A stretch of DNA of 62,217 bases, filler included, from Porpidia crustulata (Eukaryota), in assembly GCA_964255105.1 (NCBI GenBank). It is 8 parts of 8 records of this genome, joined end to end, with 100 filler letters (N's around TTAATTAATTAA, not from the genome) between each part and the next. Parts side by side here need not be neighbours in the genome. Positions count along the whole stretch, not along the records: positions 23,388 to 31,077 come from CAXUWE010001258.1; positions 31,178 to 38,867 come from CAXUWE010001259.1; 6 more parts are not named here. The stretch is one strand, 5' to 3'. Below the pieces are notes generated by a model. It was not told the DNA's origin. It made no database searches and worked only from the letters and a program-made list of their open reading frames with translations. A program made the position numbers and the translations under genes. Positions 24,998-38,814 of this stretch are shown here, piece after piece (the first letter of the stretch is position 1; every line of letters begins with the position of its first letter).

Positions 24998-26357
24998 TTT
25001 GTGGTAGTAATTGCAAAGGAGAGGGGAATATGCTGAAATTGGAGATATCTATATTGATTGAATCTTGACAAATTCGTGTATAATCATGTGTATTCCATCA
25101 TATGATGGGCCATCGAGGTCATTTATCGAAGGCACGCAGGTCACAGGTAGGTAGGTAAACACCATACCCTATTGGGTGTAGCTCGATATCTCGAAGCCTC
25201 AAGGGGCAGGCGATAACTTTCCACTTACTCTTTTCTTGGTCCTACAGAACTATAGGTACAGATATTTGTCTGAGCAGGGCAACGTCGTCCGTGAGATCTG
25301 AAGCGGGAATTTAGCCATTACAGGCGGATACTCGACCTTTCGGATCTTATGTCATCTACCAAACTAGTTATGGACTTTAATATCTCGCGAACCAATCATC
25401 CTGGATATCAAATCCATCTCCGTATGCCAGCTCGTCCTTGGCAAGCTCGGAAAGCAGAGGATTGAATCGAAGGCTTTCAGAAAATTTCAGATACGGCTCT
25501 ATGTGTGGAATGGTATGTCGATGTATCTGAACAGATAGGTCGCAGTATATAACGGGCATTACTTTGAGTGTGAGTTTTTATGCAGACATATCGTCACTTT
25601 AAAATGTGATTCAGTATTTTGCTCAGTATAACGTAACACCATCGCATCGATGAATAGTCATTGTGAGCGATAATTTCACGTTTACATTAATAGAAAGTAA
25701 ATGATCAAGGATCCCCTACTTGACAAGAACGGGATGGCAGACAGAGACGCTTTTGGTATCGGTGAATAGCATTAGCTTTCTGTGAGGGACTGATGCTTCA
25801 TGTAATCTGATATTGCTTTCTAGGTACATTGTTTGAGAGTCGTCGACTAGGTCATTTTACGGTCCACGTTATTTCAAGCTTTGAAACTCTCCCTTTGCTT
25901 GAGGGAATTACTGCATTCTTTCTCTTCTCTTCTCTTTACATCCGTTTCTCGCTCCTTCGTTGTTCAGACAAGGGGACGTAAATATTCAGACTTGAGGAAG
26001 CCCCTATTCATACAGTCGATCCGGATATCGTTGAGCGTGTTTGTATGACCGAGAGACTTTCGTCTTCATTAATGTGACGATGACACTCACACAAACACGT
26101 CTTCGTGACTCTGCTGTCGTACATCACAACAGGGAACGTGATGGTGATGATATTGACGAGAGGTTCTGGACTCCGAACTAAGTGATACGTCTAACATTTA
26201 GTGTCCGTTCGGTTATCACCTGCTTTGGCGTTAAATAGATCCATTAGTGATGTCTTTAGAAGTGCTGGCGATTCTTCGCGATAAATATTAATACCGTCGC
26301 GTTACCCTGATTAATTAATTATCGTGATCCAATTGACGCTTGAGTCACATGGTCAAC

Positions 26358-29300
26358 ATGAGTACCCAGAATGATAGTATTGATATTTCGCAGCTCAAAG
26401 CTCATGTTCTGGGATTGGACGTCAAAGTAAGCCAATTCCAACGTGACTCTAACAATGCCTGCACCGCCCGGGTATGCACCGAGACTGACGCCATCTTCCC
26501 TGCAGTCCTTAAATAATATTTTACCAACATCACATCGCGATGAACGTTTCAACACGAAACCGACGCGCGAGTCTACAGTATCGGGGGGGCATGGGGAACC
26601 TCGCCACCCGCCGTACATCAACCGACGGAGGGACCGAGAAGAAGAGCAAGTTGACCGTCGCCGAAATCCCCGCCGACAACAAGCGCCTCGACTATCTGCC
26701 TCGCAGCCTGACCTCCCAAGTACGATACCCGAATCGGTCCGAGGCAAGATGAGTACACCAGGCAGCCAGTCACAAGACACCCAGCCAGTCTCGCAGTCAT
26801 TTCAGAAGGACTTCTCGGAAATGTTGAAGCAGCAGCATGCTGCCAAACAGACGGGGCTCCGCAGTACCGTTTCAAATACGACCGAATCAATTTCAAACAC
26901 CTATCACCCAGGCCAAACAGGTCACATTGATCTGCTTGGCATCTTCGAGCAACCTACTATCACCGACAGCCAAAGATCTAGTCAAGACCACAATGACGAT
27001 GATATGCAACATGTCACCCAAATTGCGGATGTCCGGGCTGAAATATACCCCGAGTCGATGCGATTTCGACCACCAGCAACACCCACGACGAATGGCAGAA
27101 AACACAACCGTGTCGGTGAGACAGCAGCCGATCCCAATACAACGCCAAGGCTACCTGCGAATCCTTTTGCAGGCCACATGGGTGGATTAGAGGGCATGAT
27201 GGATGGTAGCCAGTTGTTCAAGGCTACTCAGGCTCTCTCGTCGCCCTTAGCCAACGTTCTTCCATCTGATGGCCTTTCTGAGAGACCTTCACCCGACATG
27301 CACTCCGCACAAAGGCCAGCAACCGCAGAGCCTCTATCATCCCCTGCAAAGTTCCCCCCTTCGAATATACTACGATCCGTGACTGAACCACACGTGACGT
27401 ACATCTCAATGAAGGAATCTCAAGCGGAACGAGATAGGCTGGCACACATGTCCAGAGTAAGACCAGGTATTGCAGGGCAAGACGGTTCGGATGATGATTT
27501 TGACTCTGACGACAGCGAACTCCGGCGGCGTCGTGTCAGAAGAAAGATTGATCAGCAAACGAAGGAACAATTTATGGGTATCACCGCGCGGATGACACCG
27601 GCACGTCGTGGACGTGGCCGCGGGTATAAAGCCAGAAACCACCGAAGCAACGAAGCCAGTCGCCCTTCGAGCAGGGAGGCTACGGAGACCCACATCATAT
27701 CCAGTGGTGAATCGGCGAAAGATCCTCACGAAATCGATACCGAGGAGGAGACGGAGCATGAAGACGATCATAATGAATTGCCAATTGATGATGTGGACGA
27801 ATTAGGAGATGAAAACAAGGAAAACTTTGCGACCAAAGGCATTCAGGTACCAATGACCGACTCGAGAACAAATCACAGAACCACTCTGCACAGTCCAACA
27901 CAGTCTAGTCCAACACATCGTCTCCTGGAGAGTCCTGCAACACCCCAGAGTCTTGAAGACGCTGGTAATCATGCTCATCAGGCAATTACTACAACCGAGA
28001 AATCTCAAAAACCCCCTATCGAGACCCAAATCGTAGCGATTGCAGATTCTCAATCATCCCAATCTTACGCAAAGGCTACCGGACAATCAAAGATTACTAC
28101 AATGCCATCACAGGTGCCCGGGTCGTCATCTGATTATTCGTCACTCATCCCACAATCTCAGGCGAACAAGGCGAATATCCAGGCCGCTTCTTTAGCTGGC
28201 CGCAGCAAAGAAGAACGAAGAGCTATCGCGGCTCCAGTGACTTTGGTTTCTTCGCACATCCCCGTTGAATTATCGCAAACAGGATCAAATGGCATGTGTA
28301 TCGCTGAAGCTGGAACCTACCTACACGGCCAAACTAAGGATAATTTCCAGAATGATCATGCAGGTACGCGTCATGTTACTCAAGTCCTCGGCAGTAGCCC
28401 ACCGACTGCTCCAAAGGAGTCGGTTTTGCGCACATCTGGATTGGAAGACCGAGAGACTGTGGGACATGTTGATACAGTCATCCCGAGGCCAGAAGGCTCG
28501 GTTGAGGACTTTCCCAAGTCGGTAGCCACGACCGAGGCTCAAGATGCAGAAATCAGACCAGAAATTCACTATGGGGCTAGTGGTTCACAACAAAAAGCAG
28601 CATGTACATCGGTAGCTCAGAGCACGATCCCCGAGACAAGCTCTGCTTCCGAGGGAGGGGAGGTGCTTACTCGAGTTGTTACTAGGTCGTTGAAATGTGG
28701 AGCCAAGCAGTTACCTGATGCAACTCCGGCTGATTCCTCGAACGGATCGACACCCTTTGAGACGGCGCAGTCACATCAAGTCAATCAGGATCTTAGATCT
28801 TCAGCCATAATCACAGAGCGCTCCGAACCCATAAGATCTCCTGCTTTTCCCGAAGTATCTGGCATTAGGACCATCACCGAAATCGCGACAGCTCCGTCAC
28901 CAGTTGGCGTCTCGGCTGATGTTGATCTAGACATCAATCTACTTACAAAGGAGGACATGGAATACCAGAATGTGATGGATCAACTGAGCCCCTCACGAAA
29001 GAAGCGGCGAGGTAATCATGGACGTGCATTACCTGTAGCTATGCCTAGTACGAACGTATTGCCTACGACACGTCCATTTTCGAGCCAAGACGATTCAGGT
29101 CACAACGACGAATCGATACTGACGTCCAGCGAGCCAATCAGATCTCGGCCTGCAGCGCTGCAAATGCCGTGTCAAGATACTGTAAGTAATGATGAGGAAG
29201 CGACACTGACGTCCAGCGAGCCAATCAGATCTCGGCCGATTACGAGGAGGCAGGCAAATGAATCGCCTCCAACGACGCTGACGGACGCTATTGACCGTTG

Positions 29301-30984
29301 TGATGCACTTATTGAACCTGAAGCTGTGGTCAAATCAAGTCCCCGGGGCAGACCCAGGAAGATAAAACCTATCTCGACAAGGATACAGGGCACTGCTTCG
29401 GATGACAAGAAGGAAAGACCAGGTACAACGAGGGCAGTATTCACGTCCACAGCCCCAGACGGAAATAATATTCAGGCACCGGCTGTACAGCCAGGTGGAA
29501 GTAGCGTTGTTGCTCCTAATCGAGTATTTGCTCATTTCAATGGCAATGTTGCAGGGTACTTTCCTGCAACCTGCATAGGTATCGTCGGGGGCCAGGAACC
29601 TCGATTCAGGGTTCGCTTCGACGACGGCACTGTAGATGTAATCAACGGCTTCGGGACTAGGAGACTTGAGTTGTTGCCCGGAGACGTTGTCAAGCTTGAT
29701 ATTAGTGGTGCTCGTACGAAGAACTACATAGTCGAGTCTACACAAGATCTGCAATTACCCACACCCACTCCAGATCTAGAGACACCAGTATGTCGAGGTC
29801 GACGAAGGCCGCAGGAATCCACGGTGTACCCTCAAACGGACATTCATGGACACATCACTGTTGTGGTCTCGGTGAAACATAGTAAATCCGCTGACGCTGA
29901 CGGCAACAACGATGAGAAGATATCTGTACCTGTTAAAGATGTATACCTGACGCAAAGCATGTGGACGCATTTCAAAAATCGCGACTACGCTCATACTGCC
30001 GCACTAGATCGTAGTATAAGTCGACTACAAACCCCTTCCGAAACAACGTCGAGCCCATCTACGCCTTCGTCTCGTACCCGCCGTTTCAAGACTGCTGGAT
30101 TCGCGAAGACTTTGAACAGAAGCCTCTCTGCTCGGGCTAGTCCGGGTTTGTTTGAAAATATGGCTTTTGCAGTCACCAACATAAGTCGTATAGAAGACCA
30201 AGAACGAATCAAACAGCAAATATTGGCCAACGGTGGCCGCATCCTCCAATCTGGATTTGATGAATTGTTCCACATCCCAAGTCTCGAGATCACTTCACCT
30301 TCGAGAGACAGCCTCGCCGGATCAGAATTCGAACCGAACGAAACAGCGGCAAGCCTAGGATTCACCTGCTTGATAGCTGATGAGCATTGCCGAAGAACCA
30401 AGTATATCGAGGCGCTAGCACTTGGAATTCCGTGCCTCGCGACTCGTTGGATTCAAGATTGCATCACGAAACGACGAATTCTACCCTGGGTCCCGTACCT
30501 ACTTTCTTCAGGCGAATCCGCCTATCTAGGCGGAGCCGTCAGATCCCGCTTCCTGCGGCCATACAATGCGGAGACTGCCAACTTATCCGGCGTGCTGGCC
30601 ACCCGGCCCAAACTCCTCGACGGCCAATCAGTCCTACTAATCATGAGCAAGAGCGAGGAAAAGACCATGAAATCGCACCCCTTGATCACGCATGCTCTAG
30701 GTGCCAGCCAGGTGTCCCGAGCCATCAACGTCGACGCCGCCGCCAAGGCGATCGCAGCGGCCCAGGCGAACAACGAACCGTGGGATTGGGTGTACAGCCA
30801 CGACAACGAGAAGGAGGTCGAGAGGCAGCTGTTCGGTGGGGATAAGACGGGCAAGAAACGGAAACGCGGCGGCCGGGAGAGCGGGGTTTCGAGGATGGCG
30901 GGTTCGCGGGGGAAGACCAAGGTGGTGGGGAATGAGTTTGTGGTTCAGAGTTTGATTTTGGGGCAGCTGGTGGATATGGAGTGA
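26358..30984 (+). CDS. RAD9: DNA-damage checkpoint mediator Rad9/Crb2/53BP1-like (SQ/TQ-rich disordered region, tandem Tudor, tandem BRCT)
   Basis: A short exon 1 (MSTQNDS...LDVK) and a phase-0 intron at 26427..26505 join the 1513-aa ORF. Tudor-like NRVFAHFNG..GYFPATC...VRFDDG. BRCT LFENMAFAVT...NGGRIL...CRRTKYIEALALGIPCLATRWIQDC. C-terminus EFVVQSLILG. Confidence 0.88.
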
Positions 30985-31077
30985 ATGGGACCGGTTGGAT
31001 GGTCATTTGGATAGAGATGATACCGGTTCATCGGCTGCGGATTTGGGAATAGTCCCGTTCTTCAATGGGTCTTGTAT

Positions 31078-31177
31078 NNNNNNNNNNNNNNNNNNNNNNN
31101 NNNNNNNNNNNNNNNNNNNNNTTAATTAATTAANNNNNNNNNNNNNNNNNNNNNNNNNNNNNNNNNNNNNNNNNNNN
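31078..31177. other. Artificial contig-joining spacer
   Basis: 44 N + TTAATTAATTAA + 44 N. Confidence 0.98.
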
Positions 31178-31695
31178 TCCTCCCCCATCTCCTCCATCTC
31201 CTCCAAAAAACAGAAACATCCGCAAAACTGCACCCCTCTAACCAACAGCCTCTACAATCCCGTGGGGGGGGGACTTGATATTTGAAGAAAGAAGAAAAGG
31301 AAGAAGAAAGAAAGGAAGGGGAGAAAGGGAGAAAGGGAGAAGGGCATTACCTCGATCGATCCCAAGGTATCTGCACCGGAAGGACCGCAAGCAAGTTATT
31401 CAACCCAACCACCTCGTCTCAAACAACCGCAGACGATTTTCAAACACACCATGATTCACCCAAATCACCGCCTCAAAAAACAACCCAATCACAATCACGA
31501 CCCCCGAAAAGAACCCGTCCTTTTCAGCCCAATTTGACTACATCTGTATACACACACACTGCTACCTTTGATCGGAACGGTATATACAAGCAACTCCCCC
31601 TGCCTCTCGCCTCCTCCGATATCACTTCTCTACAGACAGCAAATGCTCGCGTGGTGCGACGCCGGTTTTTGCTTTCCAGTCTTGCCCATCTGCGA

Positions 31696-34600
31696 TCAGT
31701 CGAACCCGAATGGATTTTGAGGCGCTGGACACATCCTTATTAGCTTGCAAGCGTTGTGATATTTATATAACTGGAAGACTCACTGGCATGGCTCAAGTTT
31801 GCTTTCCTACCCGTCTGCTGCGGCACCAACCTCTTCACATCGCCGACTCCAAACCTCACAGGCGGCGCTGGCCCCGTTTTCTGTGGATGCAATGGCGGTA
31901 GCGTGGGTTGCTGTGTCGGCATTGGCGGCATGGGGGGAATGGGCGGTGGAGGTTGGCCAAAGCCCGGATGGTTCTGGAAGCCGCCGTTCGTTATGCCTGT
32001 GGGCTGTGGCTGGAGAGCAGGCGGAAGGACGGAGTTGATGCCTGTTAGTTGAGGTTGTAGGGGTTGAAATTGGGGCTGCGGCGGGTGAAATTGACCTTGG
32101 GGTTGGAATTGTTGGGGCTGTGGAGGTTGGAATTGCTGTTGGAAGCCTGTGGGTTGGGGTGGCAAGGGTTGGAAGCCGCCTGTGTGTTGAATGCCCCGAG
32201 GGTCCGCGAATGGACTACCAGTCTGCTGGCCATTTATGTAGGGCTGTTGTGTCTGGAACCCGGTTTGCTGTGGTAGCATCTGCGACTGTTGTGGCTGCTG
32301 TCCGAAGCTAGTCTCTTGGGGAATAATGCTATTCCCAAATTGGCCAAAATTCTGATTGGGTTGCCCAAAGCCAGTTTGCTGCGGATACATCTGTTGTTGG
32401 CCATATTGCTGCTGGTTTCGCATCTGGCTCATATCACTCAAGGTTTGGCCTGGAGGGGCAAGCGGAGGAAGATTGCTAGGATTCTGAAAGCCGGTCAATT
32501 GTGGCTGCAAGGGCGGAGGACCAAAACCATTATTTTGTGATTGTTTCTGAGGCGCAGATAGGGGCCTCGGAGGTGGTGGCATTATAAGTGACCCTTGCTG
32601 CGTAGAAAGGGGCGCCTGAGGCCGTTGTCTAGCAGTCATGTTCTGTTGCGTTTGTTGCTGGCCGGAAAATTGTTGTTGGTTGTTCATCGGTAGAGTGGGT
32701 GCCTGAGGCATGTTTTGTTGAAATTGAGTGCCAGGTGGCTGCTGACCAAGCTGCGAGAAAAATGACGGATTCGCTCCGGTTGACTGTGGCTGCTGCATTG
32801 GTATCGTCATTGGGGCCTGGGCTAGTGTTTGGCTTTGCATTTGCGGAAGCTGCTGCGAGGCCGTTGGTTGTGCTGGAGTTGGTTGGAGCGGTGGAGACAA
32901 CAGCGACATCTCTGCCATTGAGCCTGTCAGTACAGATGGCGCTGGAGCAGCTGCTGGCGCTGACGCTTGGACTGGTGGCTGGATGGGTTCAGGGGCAGTA
33001 GTTGTCTGCTTTGAGGGCTTAATATCCCATGCGTCATCGTCAAACCCACTAGCTTTTTTCTGTTGATCTGCACGGACAATTGCGGGAAGCATTGCTGTTG
33101 GCGTAGCGTCTGGAACATGGTTCGGTTCATTTTTGCTGCCATTCTTTTGCCTCAAGGTACTGGCATCAACAACATCGTCAGTCTGTACAGCAGGAGCTGG
33201 ACGTCCTTTTCTGGTATTATTCCTTAAAGCACCGCCCGGACCAGAGAAAAGTCCACCCCCCGGTCCATTTGGAGATATTGCACCAGCTCTCTCTTCCTCA
33301 CCGCCAATTACCTCGTCTCCCCCAAAGCTTACATTTCTAAGTTTTGACTTTGCGCCTGTTCGGCCGTATTTGTTATCTAGAAACTTCATTACTCGAAGGA
33401 CGTCGCCTTCCTTGAGACCTAGAGTTCGCAGTACTGAAGAAGTAATATCAGGAAGCACACTCTCATCCATTGAGTCTTTGCTAAAACTCGAGGCGTATCT
33501 TTCACATTGGTAAGGGTTCACTCCGGCTTTTAGGAAGAAGTCAAACCAGTCATACTCTGGCCCCTTGGGTTCTTGCTTTGACCGTTCAACTGACGCTCCA
33601 GGCTTTGCGGCCGTCTCTGTTTTTCGTCGATCACTCTTACTTTGGGTACTCCTGCGCTTGATGTCTGACAGGGGCTTGTCGTCATCAAGAGAAATACCTG
33701 TGACTCGCTCTACGTATTCAAGGTCTTCGATAGCCATCTTCACGACAGGAACTGCAATTTTCACGCCATTCAGTTTGTGTAGGTGTATCTTGCCATCTTT
33801 TAGCCCAATAAACTCCGCTTCAACTTTGAATGAACCAGATCTGTCGGTCCATGTCCGGGTTTTCGAAACATCAGGTTCTACCATTCGAATTAGTCTATGA
33901 CGCAGCTGTGTTCGAATAAGTACCCACTTGACTTGGATGTAGACATTTTACTTTCTTTTTTGTTCCGCTGTGAAGAACGTTGGTTACCATCAGTTCCACC
34001 CATAAGGCTGCTACCCCTTTCAGGTAGCTTCACGCCTGGGCCTACCTCTGAGCCCTTTGCGTCGCTTCCTCCACGCCGCCTATTGACTTTTGTAGCTTCT
34101 TTTGCTAGCCTCTCTTCTTCGAGTCTGTTCTGCTCGACAACCGACCGACCCGCGTTGAGCCCGCTGGTACTTGATGATACCGGTACGGTGCCTGTTACCT
34201 CGACATAACTACTCGGTACTACTCCCTCCTTCCCATTTTTCAGACGTCGAATCATCCACCATTCGTCGCTTTTAGTATCGTCGATTACAACAACATCGTC
34301 ACCAACTGCCACCGTAACCTCGTCGTCGCCCTGTGCCATAAACTCATATAACATCTTACCCTTTTTTTGTCCACCTTTGGACCCGCTACCAGCTTCAATG
34401 ACTTCTCGAAGCCCTTCTGCTCTAGAGGCGCCCGCAATTTCGCCTAAACCTGCAACGATTTCTTGAGCTGTATCCTTGGCACCAGCGTGAAAATCAACGC
34501 TTTTACTAGGACGTACAAGCTCCATGAATACGTGCTTTCCCTCAATCGAATAATGGGTGAGCTTCTCAGCGGACCACGTCTGTTGCGGCCCATCTCGGGA

Positions 34601-35655
34601 TTTCTCGGGTGCAACCATGATATCGCCAGTAGCGAGATTGAGGCCAAGGGTTGTCGCCAACTTCTTTTTCTTCCCAAGCGCAGAGACCATCTCGTTGATA
34701 TTGTACAGGTGGTATCCCCCCTGCGCGTGCTGGCCCCTCCCATCGTCGAATTTTTGGCTAACAACTCGATTGTATGGTGGCGAAGCAGCAACTCCTGAGT
34801 CCGTTGTTCTCGGCGAGGCATACTGTGTCAATGGCGGAGACAGTTGTTGTGATGGCGGGCGTTGGGGTAGCGACGGTGGAGGAGGTGAGGGCGGCGAGTC
34901 GTCAGAATCATCTGGCGTATATTGTGGTCTCCGCGGAGGGAGGCTAATATTCGACGGCGGGGCTATCGCTGGATTTGGCCTGCTGGGTTGTGTCAAAGGC
35001 GGTTTTGAATGCATTATGCCAGCTAGGGCAGCTGCTGGTCCTTGGGGTTCGACCGGGCTTGCCTGCTGCTCAGGCTCAATTTCTCGGTCTCGCAAGCGAT
35101 TCGATACCGGGGATTGTGGAACACTACGTTCGGCTTCACCTGATATTTCAATGTAATTTGCCGGAGCGAATCCAAACTCTCCGTTGAGCCCAACCAGTGA
35201 CCAATCCGGGTCAGATGTATCGTATACCGACAGCGCAGCATCCTCTGTGAATGATAGTTCTTCGTCTGTTTGTCGAGTGTAGTCATAGAGGGCCTTTGCG
35301 TAATGGGTAGGGTGTGCCTGTAGAAGTTTGTATTAGTGTATTCTCGTCTGCTGCATGGGCTACCTTGGCAGCACGTATGTGGGTCCACGTCTTGATTTCA
35401 ACCTCTGTCTATAGCCATATAACGACAAGCTATACGACATCATGTCTCACTCACCTTTTCAACGTAGTTGTTTGGTATCAGGCCAACAGGCTCCTCCTCC
35501 TCCTCCTCGCCTGGCGCCCTTTTCTTTGCCTTCCACCAATCGTCTTCAGTACTTTTCTCGAGTACGTAAATGAGCTCTCCTTCATGTATAGCAAGTTCAT
35601 TGTCGCTCTGAGGTACGTAATCGTACAAAGCGGTGCAGATAGAGAGGAAGACCAT
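31696..35655 (-). CDS. SLA1: Endocytic adaptor Sla1 (3 SH3 domains, SHD1, SHD2/SAM-like, LxPQxTG repeats)
   Basis: SH3 domains ALYDYVPQSDNEL...DDWW, ALYDYTRQTDEELSF and MLYEFMAQGDDEV. SHD1 RTWTDRSGSFKVEAEF...KIHLHKLNGVKIAVP. SHD2 YDWFDFFL. Many PQxTG repeats. The last exon ends PQNPFGFD*. Confidence 0.95.
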
Positions 35656-36295
35656 GTTGCTGGAGACTGAGAGCCTCTGTATCACACTGGACGGACCGGT
35701 GTCTACCGGCTTGGTCTGGATACCTAGAAGTCCCACTCAGTGGTATTCGCATTGGGCATACTTCAAAAAGGCCTCAGTCATATCACACGATATGTCAGTC
35801 AATGAGACCTACTCGAGCTGCTTGAACATATCAACAATGCAGCAAGACCAGGGTGCCCGGGCAGGAGTTAGAGCCGCGCTAGAGTATGCTCGGCTATCAC
35901 TCTATTTGTAACAGCCCTTGCACTCCCCTTTTTTCGTCCACGCATGCACCGTTACGCTATAATTCACATCGTATCTATTCTTTTATTGCGGTTTTCGTTT
36001 TATGAAATCGCATAGTTATCTAATTTGTGTTTCTTGTGTGTAAAGTATGAGGTCTACAACTGGTAAAGCAAATGTTCTCCTTTCCAGTCGATTATCCAAC
36101 GCTGAGACTATCTACTAGCGGGTTCGTTTGAACCTGCCGACCTTCTATGACACTTGTAAGCTACCTCCTTTCGTTCGACTCAAGACCGGGTCCGAAGCAA
36201 CACCCTTTAACATTGTTGAATTATCTGAAGTCAGCAAATACGGAAACTCCCTCAGAAGAAGTCAGAGTCAAAGGTTTGAGGCGCTCCTTTACATA

Positions 36296-38358
36296 TCAGT
36301 ATGTGTATCGAAAGCCCTCCTAGAAAGATAAAATTAGAGCCACTCTGACTTTACAGGAATCACTCACGGTTCCCTCGATGCGCTTTTTACCAATTCTCTG
36401 CCTAGAATTGGCATAATAGAAGTAACCAGAAAAAGCGACGACAAGGATGATGATTAGAATATGCGACCTTTAATCGTTAGTCACTGATCCGATCTGGCGT
36501 TCACATTATTACCCAATTGAAATCCAAATTGCAGAGATATAATGAGGAGCTTCCCTCTGCCGAACAATAAAACTCCCAGCAACACCACCCAATCCGTTGA
36601 AAGATGTGGTTACCGCTGCCGTTATTGCTCGCTTCCATTGGCTACAGCATGATCAGCCGTCTGATCCAAAATGCCAGATGAAATACCCTCACCCGGTAAT
36701 ATTATTGGCTTGATAGCTGTTTAGGGCGGCCCAATTGGAAATGTATGCACCAGTGGCCAGATAAACACCCACGTAGCGCACCGTGACTTGATTCGCGAAA
36801 CCCAGCATCGCGAAGCCTACTATAAGACAGATGGCATTAAATGATATTATGGGCCCTCTGAGACGGTATTCTGATAAGTTTTAGCCCCATTTCTGTGGCT
36901 GGCACCTCTGTCTTCGATCGCAGCATCTACTTACTGTCGCCGATACGTGAGGATACCAAGACTGGGATCGCAGCATAGTAATAGGGCTTTATGTGCTCAG
37001 TACAGTGCTTCTCTTAGGCTCATAGTCACTACTGGGCTTACCGGGGCAGAAAGCAAAATGGCTTTATTTTCACTGAATCCCATCCCATTTCGGAGACTAA
37101 TGAAGAATCAGCATCTTGAAGAACAGGGAACTACTGGTACGATACATTATGGGCAGGAAATACGAAAGAGCGGTAGAAACCAAGTTCTGCCAACCAATCA
37201 TTAATTGTCTACAGGCCACGTCGTAGTTCTTGGCTCACGAGAAGGAAGAACAACATTGCAAATCCGTATATTTTAATATCAAGGAAATGCTTCGGAAACT
37301 CGCCCCACGTAAAGGGGGCAGGGAGCACATCCCCACGATCTTTCTGGATTCGTGAGACGGCAACCTTGGTCTCGTTTTCGCTCAGAAAATGGAAGCTTAG
37401 GTGCGCCCTTTCTGGAAAATCCACGATCCATAGATAGGTAGCTAGACCAATGATGCAAGCCACCTACACTCGTGAGAACGCCGTTTCTAAAAGACGGATG
37501 ATTGGAACATAATACCAGTCCTTGTACAATATACATCCACTGCCAACCCTTGAGACCTCCTTGGCCATCCAAACGATTCAGCTGGGGTTTGTGAGATCCT
37601 CGCCATATTCTCTCGAAACCCTGAGAAGATGCTCACCCCGAAATTGACAATCCCGCCAGTGGCAAGAATAATGACTTCACCGCATTGCAGAAACGCAAAT
37701 CTGAGTTGTTGTTCCTCTCAATTTTATGTTAAATCCTTGACATTGACCTTCGTTAATACTCATCATACCTCGTTTATACCACGACGAAATCAGCAGCGCG
37801 AGACCTGGATAAATCCCTGCCTACAGGAGTAATCAAGTCAGCATCATCTGGACGTTACATGCTCCCGCTCTTGTACCATAGATATCCCAAGCAGCACCCG
37901 CATAACAATCATCTGTCGCCAGGTATGGATGAACGCAGTACACTATATCAAACTTAGTCGGATAGACATAATACGATCATGTCGACAGGTACCAATGTAA
38001 TCAAGCCAAAGCCAACAGTGGTAGCTGTGAAGAAGATGCGAGGCCCCGCAAGTCGGACGGCAAGAGTCGCAGGTAACTGGAAGCATACATTTGCCACGGT
38101 AAAGATCAGAATGGAGATGGAGTAGCGATTCCCCTGATTCAGGCCAAGGTCCTTGAGCATACTCGTTACGGCCGCGCTGGAAATGATACCACTGTCCAGA
38201 AGATTAAGACTGCACAGAAGCCCTCCAATCGTACAGAGCCTCAAATCCGCTTTCAACCTGATTCTTTTTTCTTGGTCCAGAGATTCCATATTGTCTTCGG
38301 TATCTCTATGTGGACTGGCTGACAAAATATCGGTTGAGCTGTTTGTTTTGACCGACAT
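36296..38358 (-). CDS. MFS transporter, anion:cation symporter (DAL5/allantoate-nicotinate type), multi-exon
   Basis: Motifs EKRIRLKADLRL, NLLDSGIISSA, LDGQGGLKGWQWMYIVQG, DFPERA..FLSENE and C-terminal EGFRYTY*. About 10 short introns. Confidence 0.88.
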
Positions 38359-38814
38359 CCTTGGCCGAGTTTTTCTTCTCACAATATAATCGAGATGGCG
38401 TTTAAGCGCAGACGAATACTACTGAAACTGTCTTGAAAGAAAAGAAAGAAATGGCCTGACGACTATCGATGATGCAAGCCCCACTTCCACTTTCATAGCT
38501 ACTTGCCTTAGCCGTTTACTCTGTGCAGAAGTGGGTGGTGCGTAGTAATCAATAGGGTACTACGCATAGACTAACTGATAGCAAGCCATTGTACAGCGTG
38601 TTAAAGAAATGATCACTCGTTCATCGTGAGGCGAACCCGTGTTATCTTGTGTTCCACTCTCTTTACGCCCACATGGGCACGTTGGTCAGAACCACAATTC
38701 AACGACGAGGCGACACTAGCCCGGAAGGGACCGGATGTTCCCGCTGAGGCGCAGCGACCGCGGGGCCGATGTCGGTCCTTCCTAACCCCTCGATGACTAA
38801 GCTACCTTTTCGCC

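Noticed and set aside
25270..25559. Protein-like minus-strand fragment (HIEPYLKFSESLRFNPLLSELAKDELAYGDGFDIQDDWF)
   Set aside because: It is only 60 aa, with no family recognised and no supporting gene structure.
26310..26320. TTAATTAATT resembling the contig spacer
   Set aside because: It has no flanking Ns and is a natural AT-rich promoter sequence.
31282..31743. 153-aa plus-strand ORF
   Set aside because: It arises from purine-rich low-complexity DNA antisense to the SLA1 3' region and lacks an ATG start.
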